Positions 16,956 through 25,356 of a DNA stretch of 32,000 nt are shown here, piece after piece. Each line of letters opens with the position of its first letter. Positions within the stretch are counted from its first letter, which is position 1. The position numbers and the translations under genes were made by a program. This stretch comes from Candidatus Saganbacteria bacterium (GTDB lineage Bacteria > Margulisbacteria > WOR-1 > JAKLHX01), in the NCBI GenBank assembly GCA_026387835.1, contig JAPLKZ010000005.1, positions 210,001 to 242,000 of the forward strand. The letters run 5' to 3'. A model generated the notes under the pieces. It was not told the DNA's origin. It did no database searches and saw only the letters and a program-made list of their open reading frames with translations.

Positions 16956-18411
16956 AAATGAGTTCCTGGAACTTTCTAAAAAAGGCAACCTGATCCCTGT
17001 CTACAGGGAAATAATCGCAGACACGGAGACCCCGGTTTCCGCGCTTTCAAAGATCGCCGGAAAGTATTCTTTTCTGCTGGAAAGCGTTGAAGGCGGAGAG
17101 AACCTGGCGAGATATTCTTTTCTCGGCTGCGATCCCGAAATATTGTTCAGGAGCAAAGGCGGCGATATCGAGATCATATCCGTATCGGGAAAAAGAAAGA
17201 CGACAGAGAAAAAGAAAGGCGACCCCTTAAAGGCGCTTAAAGAGGTCCTGGGGAAATATAAACCCGTAGATATAGAGGGCCTGCCGCGGTTTCACGGGGG
17301 AGCGGTCGGATATATAGGATATGATACCGTAAGATTTTTTGAGAACATCCCCGATAAGAACAGGGATGAGCTCAAGGTCCCGGACTGCCAGTTCCTTCTA
17401 ACGGACACGTTCCTCGCGTTCGACCACGTGAAGCACAAGATAATCGTGATCTCAAACGCTTTCATAGAAAATGACCCGCAGGGAGCATACGATAAAGCTG
17501 TCGCAAAGATCGAAGCGATAGCAAAAAAGCTCAAGAAGGCCTCATCTCTAAGACCGCTGGATATCTCCGGCAAAAAAAAGCAATTAAAAATCGAATCTAA
17601 CACATCTAAAAATGAGTTCGAAAAATCGGTTGAAGCGGCAAAAGAATATATAAAAGCCGGCGATGTCATCCAGGTCGTCCTTTCACAAAGGCTCAGCACC
17701 GGCGCCGCGATAACTCCGCTTGACGTGTACCGGAGCCTGAGGACGATCAACCCTTCGCCGTATATGTATTATTTTTCTTTTGACGGCATGCATCTTATCG
17801 GCTCATCCCCCGAGGTCATGGTAAGGCTGGAGAACGGGACCGCGACGGTCCGCCCGATAGCGGGCACGATGCCCAGAGGGAAAGACGAGAACGAGGACAA
17901 AGCTCTTGAGAAGGAACTTCTTTCTGATGAAAAAGAAAAAGCCGAACACATAATGCTCGTGGACCTGGCCAGGAACGACCTCGGCCGGGTCTGCGAGACG
18001 GGCACGATAAAGATCTCAGATTTCATGTCGATCGAGCGTTATTCTCACGTGATGCATATAGTCACGAACGTCTCCGGGAAATTATCCTCCGGCAAGGACG
18101 CTTTTGATCTTTTTGCGGCTTCTTTCCCGGCAGGCACTGTTTCGGGCGCCCCGAAAGTCAGGGCCATGGAGATCATCGACGAGCTTGAGAACGTGAAAAG
18201 GGGGCCTTACGCGGGCGCGGTGGGTTATTTTGATTTCAGGGGCAACCTTGATACCTGCATAACGATAAGGACTATATTGATGATAGGCAAAAAAGCCTAT
18301 ATCCAGGCGGGCGCCGGCATTGTGGCGGATTCTGTCCCGGAGAAAGAATACTTTGAAAGCCTGAACAAGGCAAGAGCGCTGCTCAAGGCGATAGAGGACG
18401 TCTCTAAATGA
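16939..18411 (+). CDS. trpE: Anthranilate synthase component I
   Basis: 490 aa chorismate-binding enzyme; YSFLGCDPE, IQVVLSQRLS, TVRPIAGTMPRGKDENEDKALEKELLSDEKEKAEHIMLVDLARNDLGRVC, FPAGTVSGAPKVRAMEIIDE, IQAGAGIVADSVPEKEY. Confidence 0.92.
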   Translation: MYFPNKNEFLELSKKGNLIPVYREIIADTETPVSALSKIAGKYSFLLESVEGGENLARYSFLGCDPEILFRSKGGDIEIISVSGKRKTTEKKKGDPLKALKEVLGKYKPVDIEGLPRFHGGAVGYIGYDTVRFFENIPDKNRDELKVPDCQFLLTDTFLAFDHVKHKIIVISNAFIENDPQGAYDKAVAKIEAIAKKLKKASSLRPLDISGKKKQLKIESNTSKNEFEKSVEAAKEYIKAGDVIQVVLSQRLSTGAAITPLDVYRSLRTINPSPYMYYFSFDGMHLIGSSPEVMVRLENGTATVRPIAGTMPRGKDENEDKALEKELLSDEKEKAEHIMLVDLARNDLGRVCETGTIKISDFMSIERYSHVMHIVTNVSGKLSSGKDAFDLFAASFPAGTVSGAPKVRAMEIIDELENVKRGPYAGAVGYFDFRGNLDTCITIRTILMIGKKAYIQAGAGIVADSVPEKEYFESLNKARALLKAIEDVSK

Positions 18412-19667
18412 TAAATTTCCGCCTGCTCAGGAATTCCGACATGACACTGTGGATCTGCGCGGCATTCCTTGTCCTGACCGGTTTTTTGGCCATATATTCA
18501 TCGACGTTCGCGATGATGTCAAGAAAAGCGGCGATCTTTACCGAAGCCAATATAGATTCCCTGATGTTCTTAAAAAGGCACCTTGCTACTTTTTTCGTGG
18601 CGCTGTTGTTCATGTCGTTTTTCATGTACATCGATTATGCCCATCTGAAAACGGCTTCGTCATGGCTTTACGCTTTCATGATAGTCCTTCTTTTGACCGT
18701 GCTGTTCGTCGGTTTTGAAAGCTACGGGGCGCAGCGATGGATAGGGGCCGGGCCGTTTTCATTCCAGCCTTCGGAGATATCCAAGCTGATAATCATCATA
18801 GCTCTCGCAAAATATCTGGAGTCTAAAAAAGGCCTTGAACGCCTGAGAGACCTTTTTTTGCCGGCGGTGATAGTCGGCGTGCCGTTTTTGATGATATTCA
18901 AACAGCCGGACCTGGGCACCGCGCTCGTGCTTGCCGCGATCACGGTCACGATGGTCGTCTGGACGCAGGACAACCCGATGATATTATTACTGATATTCAC
19001 TCCGGTCATCAGCGTCTTTGCCAGTCTCGCATGGATATGGTGGCTGGTCTATCTTGTTATCCTTGCGGCCGCGCTCTATCTCATCAGGCCTAAAGTAATA
19101 GATTTTATTTCCATAATAGCGGTGAATATTTTGACCGGACTTGCCGTGCCTGTGGTCTGGCATCTTTTAAAGGATTACCAGAAACAGAGGCTCTTTATCT
19201 TTTTGAACCCGTCTTCCGACCCGTTCGGCGCGGGATACCACACTATCCAGTCGCAGATCGCCATAGGTTCCGGAGGATTTTTCGGGGCCGGATATCTTCA
19301 CGGCACACAGACACAGCTGCAGTTCATCCCGCAGCAGTGGACCGATTTCATCTTTTCGATGATCGGAGAGGAGTTCGGCCTGATCGGATCATTGCTGGTG
19401 ATAATCGTGTTCGCGGTGCTCATCTGGAGGGCGATAACCATTGCTATAGAAGCCGGGGATATGTTCGGAAGCCTTTTGGCCGCGGGGATCGCCGCGATGT
19501 TCGCTTTTCACGCGGCTGTCAATATCGGCATGACGCTCGGCATCGCGCCAGTCGTTGGAATACCTCTTCCTTTTATCAGCTATGGCGGAACATCATTAAT
19601 AGTGTCTTTGAGCGCGATAGGGATACTCCAGAGCATTTCGATGAGAAGGGTGAAGCTGTTCTTTTAG
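18408..19667 (+). CDS. rodA: RodA/FtsW/SpoVE-family SEDS peptidoglycan polymerase
   Basis: 419 aa multi-pass; GAQRWIGAGPFSFQPSEISKL, FKQPDLGTALV, AIGSGGFFGAGYLHGTQTQLQFIPQQWTDFIFSMIGEEFG, GIPLPFISYGGTSL. Confidence 0.9.
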   Translation: MINFRLLRNSDMTLWICAAFLVLTGFLAIYSSTFAMMSRKAAIFTEANIDSLMFLKRHLATFFVALLFMSFFMYIDYAHLKTASSWLYAFMIVLLLTVLFVGFESYGAQRWIGAGPFSFQPSEISKLIIIIALAKYLESKKGLERLRDLFLPAVIVGVPFLMIFKQPDLGTALVLAAITVTMVVWTQDNPMILLLIFTPVISVFASLAWIWWLVYLVILAAALYLIRPKVIDFISIIAVNILTGLAVPVVWHLLKDYQKQRLFIFLNPSSDPFGAGYHTIQSQIAIGSGGFFGAGYLHGTQTQLQFIPQQWTDFIFSMIGEEFGLIGSLLVIIVFAVLIWRAITIAIEAGDMFGSLLAAGIAAMFAFHAAVNIGMTLGIAPVVGIPLPFISYGGTSLIVSLSAIGILQSISMRRVKLFF

Positions 19668-19690
19668 AGCTTATCGCTTAGAGCTTCTTC

Positions 19691-19719
19691 TTGCCATTGC
19701 TCCCCGCATTTGTTATCAT
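19691..19719 (+). promoter_or_regulatory. Predicted promoter TTGCCA-N17-TATCAT (extended -10 TGT) for glyQ
   Basis: TTGCCA 19691-19696; TGTTATCAT 19711-19719; ATG at 19734. Confidence 0.55.
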
Positions 19720-19733
19720 ATTTTCAATAATAG

Positions 19734-20633
19734 ATGAAAAAAACGAAGCAATTAAATTTTCAGGAGATCATCTTCAGGCTTGAGCAGTACTGGGCAGGGC
19801 AGGGATGCGTGATCCAGCAGCCGTACGATATGGAAAAGGGCGCGGGCACAATGTCTCCCCCGACTTTTTTCAGAGTGCTGGGACCGGAGCCTTGGAACGT
19901 GGCGTACGTCGATCCCGTGCGGCGTCCCGGGGACGGAAGGTACGGTGAAAATCCGAACAGGCTCGGAGCTTATTATCAATACCAGGTCATCCTGAAACCG
20001 TCACCCCTGGACGTACAGGACATCTATATAAAATCTTTGAGCGTCCTCGGCATCGACCCGAAAAAACACGACCTGAAATTCGTTGAAGACAACTGGGAGT
20101 CCCCCACGCTCGGAGCCTGGGGCGTCGGCTGGGAAGTCTGGCTTGACGGGCTTGAGATAACCCAGTTCACATATTTCCAGCAGTGCGGGGGGTTCGAGCT
20201 GAAGCCGATAAGCGCGGAGATAACTTACGGCCTTGAGAGGCTCGCGATGTACATCCAGAAAAAGACGAACGTCTACGATATAGAATGGAATGAGCGGGTC
20301 ACTTACGGCGATGTGCACCTCCAGGCCGAGAAGGAATATTCAAAGTTCAGTTTTGAGGAGGCTGATATCGATCTCCTGATGCAGTGGTTTGAAGGATACG
20401 AGAAAGAATCCTCGAGGCTTTTGAGATCGAACCTGGTCCTGCCCGCGTACGATTATGTGCTGAAGTGCTCTCACGCGTTCAATCTTCTGGAAGCGCGCGG
20501 AGCGATAAGCGTTACGGAAAGAGCTAATTATATAGGCAAGATCAGGAAGCTCGCGCGTATCTGCGCCAAATTATACCTGGAACAGAGAGAACAGTTAAGT
20601 TATCCGCTGATAAAAAATAAGGAGAATAAATAG
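19734..20633 (+). CDS. glyQ: Glycine--tRNA ligase alpha subunit
   Basis: 299 aa; [84 protein letters not shown]. Confidence 0.98.
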   Translation: MKKTKQLNFQEIIFRLEQYWAGQGCVIQQPYDMEKGAGTMSPPTFFRVLGPEPWNVAYVDPVRRPGDGRYGENPNRLGAYYQYQVILKPSPLDVQDIYIKSLSVLGIDPKKHDLKFVEDNWESPTLGAWGVGWEVWLDGLEITQFTYFQQCGGFELKPISAEITYGLERLAMYIQKKTNVYDIEWNERVTYGDVHLQAEKEYSKFSFEEADIDLLMQWFEGYEKESSRLLRSNLVLPAYDYVLKCSHAFNLLEARGAISVTERANYIGKIRKLARICAKLYLEQREQLSYPLIKNKENK

Positions 20634-20635
20634 CA

Positions 20636-21325
20636 ATGAATAAACTATTGAAGCTTTTTGACAAGAATAAATTGACACTGATAGTAAGCCTGCCGGACAA
20701 TTCCCCGGACCTCGCAAAAGCGGCGGTCGCCGGAGGAGCGGACGCGCTTAAGGTCCACATCAACATAAAGCATCAGGCAAGCGGCGTCACTTTCGGCTCT
20801 CTTGACCAGGAAGGCCCAAATCTTGAAAAGATACTAAAGGCGGCAAAGATACCGGTCGGTATTGTTCCGGGCAACGAAAAGAAGCCCTCCGAGAAAGAGA
20901 TGCAGGAGATAATCAAAATGGGGTTTGATTTCTTTGACATGAACATAAATCAGATGCCGCCTTTCATGCTGGGGCTCAAAGGCATCACAAAAGTCGCGGC
21001 GATAGACGGAAAGGACGCGTCCGAGCGCCTCGTCACGATAAAAGAAGAGAACTGCGAAGCTATCGAGGCGGCGATCATCCCGCATCTCGGATACGGCCAG
21101 AACCTGACTATCGGCGACCTTCAGTATTACATCAGCATCGCGATAACTTCGCAGCTGCCGGTGATCGTGCCTACTCAGAGAAAGATCGGATCTGATGAGG
21201 TCCCGATAATAGCCGAGACGGGCGTCAAATCGCTGATGATAGGAGCTATCGTGACAGGGAAGACAGCTAAGATGATCGAACAGGCCACCAGAGATTACAG
21301 AAAAGCGATAGACAAGCTGGAATGA
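20636..21325 (+). CDS. Conserved-looking TIM-barrel-like protein of unknown function
   Basis: 229 aa; alternating beta/alpha pattern (TLIVSLPDNSPDLAKAAVAGGADALKVHINIKHQASG..., IPVGIVPGNEK..., MGFDFFDMNI..., GVKSLMIGAIVTG). Function not recognised. Confidence 0.5.
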   Translation: MNKLLKLFDKNKLTLIVSLPDNSPDLAKAAVAGGADALKVHINIKHQASGVTFGSLDQEGPNLEKILKAAKIPVGIVPGNEKKPSEKEMQEIIKMGFDFFDMNINQMPPFMLGLKGITKVAAIDGKDASERLVTIKEENCEAIEAAIIPHLGYGQNLTIGDLQYYISIAITSQLPVIVPTQRKIGSDEVPIIAETGVKSLMIGAIVTGKTAKMIEQATRDYRKAIDKLE

Positions 21326-22092
21326 TCAAGCTGTCCAGGCCAGCGGTCGCGGCAGTCCTCGTACAATTATTCCTCATATTGTTTTCAATAAGGGCTTTTG
21401 CATTTTCTTTCGCCGTGATGGGCGACAACCAGGGCAATGACAAAATATTTCAAAAAATCCTTACTATGGTGGACAGTGATAAAAGCATAAATTTTGCTGT
21501 CAATACCGGCGATATCACCTCTACAAGTTCCGCGTGGGAATTCAAGAAATATAAAAGCATGATCAGCCATTCGAGAGTAAAGTTTTACAACTGCATAGGC
21601 AACCATGACGTCCAATATCTTGGCAGGCAGATATTTATGGCAACATTCGGCAGCACTTACTATTCCTGGGACCACGGGGGCTATCATTTTATTTGCCTTG
21701 ATAATGTACGGCCGAACGGGCTGGGCAGTTTGCAATATTCCTGGCTGAAGAAGGACCTCTCTTTAAATAAAGACAAGCCCAAGTTCATTTTCATGCACAA
21801 GCCGTTATTTGACATTTCCGGTTCTTTTCCGGAAGAAGTCATGTTCCCCAGAGCCCAGGCAGCAAGCTTGACGGCTATTTTCAAAAAAAATAAAGTCAAG
21901 GCGGTCTTCTGCGGGCATGTCCACGGATACGCAAAAGAAGAAAAAGACGGCGTCTTGTATATTATCGCGGCAGGAGGCGGGGGCTCTCTGTACCTGCCTT
22001 ATTTTTCCGGCGGGTTCTATAACTACGTTAATATTACGGTCGACGATGATAATATATATGATGAGGTCATCAAGATCGAAGATGAAAATTGA
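21322..22092 (+). CDS. Secreted calcineurin-like metallophosphoesterase
   Basis: 256 aa; signal peptide; GDNQG, NTGDIT, GNHDV, FMHKPL, GHVHGYAK. Confidence 0.85.
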   Translation: MIKLSRPAVAAVLVQLFLILFSIRAFAFSFAVMGDNQGNDKIFQKILTMVDSDKSINFAVNTGDITSTSSAWEFKKYKSMISHSRVKFYNCIGNHDVQYLGRQIFMATFGSTYYSWDHGGYHFICLDNVRPNGLGSLQYSWLKKDLSLNKDKPKFIFMHKPLFDISGSFPEEVMFPRAQAASLTAIFKKNKVKAVFCGHVHGYAKEEKDGVLYIIAAGGGGSLYLPYFSGGFYNYVNITVDDDNIYDEVIKIEDEN

Positions 22093-22109
22093 GAGGATCT
22101 TCATTTAAC

Positions 22110-23579
22110 ATGAAAAAGATCGCATTGGTCCCGCTTGACGACCGTCCGTGCAATCTAAAGTTCCCTGCTAAGCTGGCTTCAGCGGAGAATATAGAAATAA
22201 TATGTCCTCCCAAAGAAATATTGGGCCATTTTCTTGATCCCGGTTCTCCTGATGATATCGCATCATGGATAGAAAGTAAGATAGACGAGGCCGATGCTTT
22301 CATCATCTCGATAGACATGTTGTGTTACGGCGGGCTTATCGCGTCGCGCCGGCCTAAGGTAGCTCTTGAGGAAGCCGTTAAAAGGCTCGGTATAATATCA
22401 AAGATCAAAAAGACAAGGCCGGATGTCCCCGTCTATCTGTTCAATGTTTTAATGAGGATGTCGATAACGGTGGAAAATGAAGATTCTAAAATTATCTGGG
22501 AGAATATTTTCAGATTCTTCGAGCTTTCGGCAGTCGCAGAGATCACAAAAAACCACGGGGACGTCAAGGCTGCCGAGGATATAAAAAAAAGAATACCAAA
22601 AAATATTTTTGATGATTACTTCTTAGCCAGAAAAAGGAATCATGAGATAAATAAAAAAACGATCGAACTGGCAGGCAGCAGCTTCGCGGACTTTATAGTG
22701 ATCGCAAAGGAAGACTGCGCTGTTAACGGGCCTCAAAAAGAAGAGGAAACCGACCTGAGTAAGATGATAGACGACGGCGGGCTTGGGCAAAAGGCTGTGA
22801 TAATGAACGGTGCTGATGAAGCGGCTTGTGTTTTAGTCTCAAGGATGATACTTAAAACAACAAACAAGACGCCTTTAATTGCGGCAAGATATTCAAAGAA
22901 CAAAGGCAAAGACATCGCCCTGTATGAGGACGAAGAACTCTGCGGGGTTGTTTCCGATCATATAAATGCTCTCGGGGCAAAAGAGACCGCGTCCCTGAAA
23001 GATGCAGAGGTCGTCCTTTTTGTCCATTCGTTCGACAAAAAGCAGAAAGACCTTTTATTCGAGGAAGTTATGATGCGGGGGGAAGAAGAACGGCACCTGC
23101 TGAAGAATTTCTGTTCTGAGATCGTGCTTGCTGCGGAGATCGGAAAGAAGACCGCGGTAGCCGACTGCTGTTATGCCAACGGAGGCGACCCTGAGTTCAT
23201 GCTCTATCTGAAAAATGCCATAGACCTGTCATCGCTGTCCTCTTTTGCCGGCTGGAACACGGCGGGCAATTCTATCGGCTGCAGCCTTGCGCAGGCAGTC
23301 CTTCCGCAGAACAAGAGTTTTCTGCTGGAGCGTTTCATTGATGATCTGGGGTATCAGGCGACTGTCCGGCCTAAAATAAACGCCTTAATAAAACAAAAAG
23401 GGATATCGCCGTTTAATTTGGGCGATAATAACAAGGAAGTCGAGCAGATGGTGATCTCAGAAATGGATACATGGACAAAAGAATTCTTGTCAAGCTTACA
23501 GCTCACAACTTACACCTTACAGCTATCCCTTCCCTGGCCCCGGACCTTCGAAATCGACTGTGATATAATCTTGCCATGA
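22110..23579 (+). CDS. DUF4127 family protein (track start 22089 is a TTG; ATG 22110 preferred)
   Basis: MKKIALVPLDDRPCNLKFPAKLAS...IDMLCYGGLIASRR...YSKNKGKDIALYEDEELCGVV...ADCCYANGGDPEF...NTAGNSIGCSLAQA. Confidence 0.75.
   Translation: MKKIALVPLDDRPCNLKFPAKLASAENIEIICPPKEILGHFLDPGSPDDIASWIESKIDEADAFIISIDMLCYGGLIASRRPKVALEEAVKRLGIISKIKKTRPDVPVYLFNVLMRMSITVENEDSKIIWENIFRFFELSAVAEITKNHGDVKAAEDIKKRIPKNIFDDYFLARKRNHEINKKTIELAGSSFADFIVIAKEDCAVNGPQKEEETDLSKMIDDGGLGQKAVIMNGADEAACVLVSRMILKTTNKTPLIAARYSKNKGKDIALYEDEELCGVVSDHINALGAKETASLKDAEVVLFVHSFDKKQKDLLFEEVMMRGEEERHLLKNFCSEIVLAAEIGKKTAVADCCYANGGDPEFMLYLKNAIDLSSLSSFAGWNTAGNSIGCSLAQAVLPQNKSFLLERFIDDLGYQATVRPKINALIKQKGISPFNLGDNNKEVEQMVISEMDTWTKEFLSSLQLTTYTLQLSLPWPRTFEIDCDIILP
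23495..23522 (+). repeat. Heptanucleotide tandem array (CTTACAG CTCACAA CTTACAC CTTACAG) inside the 3' end of the DUF4127 gene
   Basis: Four consecutive degenerate 7-mers, encoding ...LQLTTYTLQL... Confidence 0.7.
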
Positions 23580-24835
23580 ACGATATCCAGACAGATGTAC
23601 TCGTGTGCGGAGCCGGTCCCGCGGGTTTTGCGGCCGCGATAGCGGCTTCAAGGCTGGAAGTAAAAGTCCTTTTGCTGGAGCGTTACGGGTTCCTGGGAGG
23701 GATGGCGGCCGCAGGGATCGTGAACCCTTTCATGGTACCGAAACTGAACGGCGAGCCGCTTGTAAAAGGCATATTTGAAGAGATAACAGAAAGGCTGAAG
23801 AAAGAAAATGGTTGCGCCGAAGGCTCCCTTTTTGACCAGCCGCACATCATATTTGATCAGGAGGTCCTGAAAAATATTCTTTTTGAGATGATAGACGAAG
23901 CGCAGATAAAACTTTTGCTCCACAGTTTTGCGGTCGCATCCATAATGAAAGGCAATGAGATAAAAGGCGTTGTCGCTGCGGGAAAATCAGGCGACATCAA
24001 AATATTCGCGAAACGGGTGGTAGACGCGACAGGGGATGGTGATATAGCCGCTTTATCAGGCGCGGAATTCGAAAAAGGCAGGCCGCAGGACCATTTAAGC
24101 CAGCCGATGACACTTATGTTCAGGGTCTCGGGCATCGACGAAGAAAACATGCCTTCCAGGGAAAAGATCGATGAGTTATTTTTGGAAAGCAAAAGACAGG
24201 GCAGAATACGCACGCCGAGGGAGAACTTTCTCTGGTTCGAAACGACAAGGAAAGGCGAGATACAGGTCAATTCCACAAGAGTTCCCAAAGTAGACGGCAC
24301 TGACGTGCTTGACCTTACAAAGGCTGAGGTCGAGGCAAGAAAACAGGTATCGAATTTATTCAAATTCCTGAAAACCGTCCCGGGCTTTGAGAATTCTTAT
24401 ATAAGCCTTGTCGCACCTCAGGTCGGTGTAAGGGAATCAAGAAGGGTCGCAGGAGAATACAGGCTGACGGAAAACGATGTGATGGACGGCACTAAGTTCG
24501 ATGATCCGGTCGCCAGGTGTAATTATCCGATAGATATCCATAGCCCCGACGGGAGGAGCACTACGTTCAGAAAGCCCGGACCGGGGACTTACTACGAGAT
24601 ACCCTACAGGTGCCTTGTTCCAAAGAAGATAGAGAATTTGCTTGTGGCGGGAAGATGTATTTCCGTGACGCACGAAGCGCTGTCCTCGATGAGGATAATG
24701 CCGGTCTGCATGGCTCTCGGCCAGGCAGCGGGCGCGGCAGCCGCCATCTCTTTGAAAAAACATGTCACTCCCCGCAAAATAGATTACTGCGACCTGAGAA
24801 AGGTGATCAATGAACAGGGAGCCGAAATGCGGTGA
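23576..24835 (+). CDS. FAD-dependent oxidoreductase (FAD_oxidored-like)
   Basis: 419 aa; DVLVCGAGPAGFAAAIAASRLEVKVLLLERYGFLGGMAAAG, ATGDGDIAALSGAEFE, IPYRCLVPKKIENLLVAGRCISVTHEALSSMRIMPVCMALGQAAGAAAA. Confidence 0.88.
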   Translation: MNDIQTDVLVCGAGPAGFAAAIAASRLEVKVLLLERYGFLGGMAAAGIVNPFMVPKLNGEPLVKGIFEEITERLKKENGCAEGSLFDQPHIIFDQEVLKNILFEMIDEAQIKLLLHSFAVASIMKGNEIKGVVAAGKSGDIKIFAKRVVDATGDGDIAALSGAEFEKGRPQDHLSQPMTLMFRVSGIDEENMPSREKIDELFLESKRQGRIRTPRENFLWFETTRKGEIQVNSTRVPKVDGTDVLDLTKAEVEARKQVSNLFKFLKTVPGFENSYISLVAPQVGVRESRRVAGEYRLTENDVMDGTKFDDPVARCNYPIDIHSPDGRSTTFRKPGPGTYYEIPYRCLVPKKIENLLVAGRCISVTHEALSSMRIMPVCMALGQAAGAAAAISLKKHVTPRKIDYCDLRKVINEQGAEMR

Positions 24836-25145
24836 CAGTCTGTCCGGTGCACTTCTTGCGGATCAGATCAAATCTGTCTATCCGGAAAAGACGCCGGCAG
24901 AGATCGCTGAAAAGCTGGGCCTCAAAGTAATATTTGAAAGACCTGTCAATATGGGCGGAGTAAAAAGGATCAGCGAATACAGGCCGAAAACAAAAGAAAT
25001 AGCGGTATTTTACAGTGAAAAAAAAGACGAAGCGGTCGCGCATGAGCTGTTCCATTATTTTGAAATGGCGAACGCGTTGAGGCCCGGCCGTAATAAGATA
25101 TCCGAGTCCGAAGCCTCAATATTCGCAAAAAATCTGATACAATAA
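24810..25145 (+). CDS. Small HExxH (IrrE/ImmA-like) putative zinc metallopeptidase
   Basis: 111 aa; KDEAVAHELFHYFEMAN with HELFH. Confidence 0.55.
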   Translation: MNREPKCGDSLSGALLADQIKSVYPEKTPAEIAEKLGLKVIFERPVNMGGVKRISEYRPKTKEIAVFYSEKKDEAVAHELFHYFEMANALRPGRNKISESEASIFAKNLIQ

Positions 25146-25182
25146 TAATATCCGTTGAATAAAAAAAAGGAGGGGAACGAAA

Positions 25183-25293
25183 ATGGCAAATAAAGAACAA
25201 CAGGGCAATAAGAATGACAAAAAAGCGCCGAAGCTGTCGCTGAAAGAGAAGAGGGCGGCAAAGAAAGAAAAACAGGCGACAAAGCATTATTAG
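25183..25293 (+). CDS. 36-aa basic peptide MANKEQQGNKNDKKAPKLSLKEKRAAKKEKQATKHY
   Basis: Below the size cutoff of the supplied track. Strong Shine-Dalgarno AAGGAGGGG with good spacing, ATG start, TAG stop. Confidence 0.6.
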   Translation: MANKEQQGNKNDKKAPKLSLKEKRAAKKEKQATKHY

Positions 25294-25338
25294 AAAAGTT
25301 CGACTAACACGGGCAGCGCACCACATACCGCACAATTG

Positions 25339-25347
25339 TGTTAGAAT
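25339..25347 (+). promoter_or_regulatory. Extended -10 element TGTTAGAAT overlapping the end of a CACAATTGTG palindrome, just upstream of the wecA-like gene
   Basis: Palindrome 25331-25340; TG 25339-25340; TAGAAT 25342-25347; ATG 25357. Confidence 0.5.
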
Positions 25348-25356
25348 TCTTTTTGA

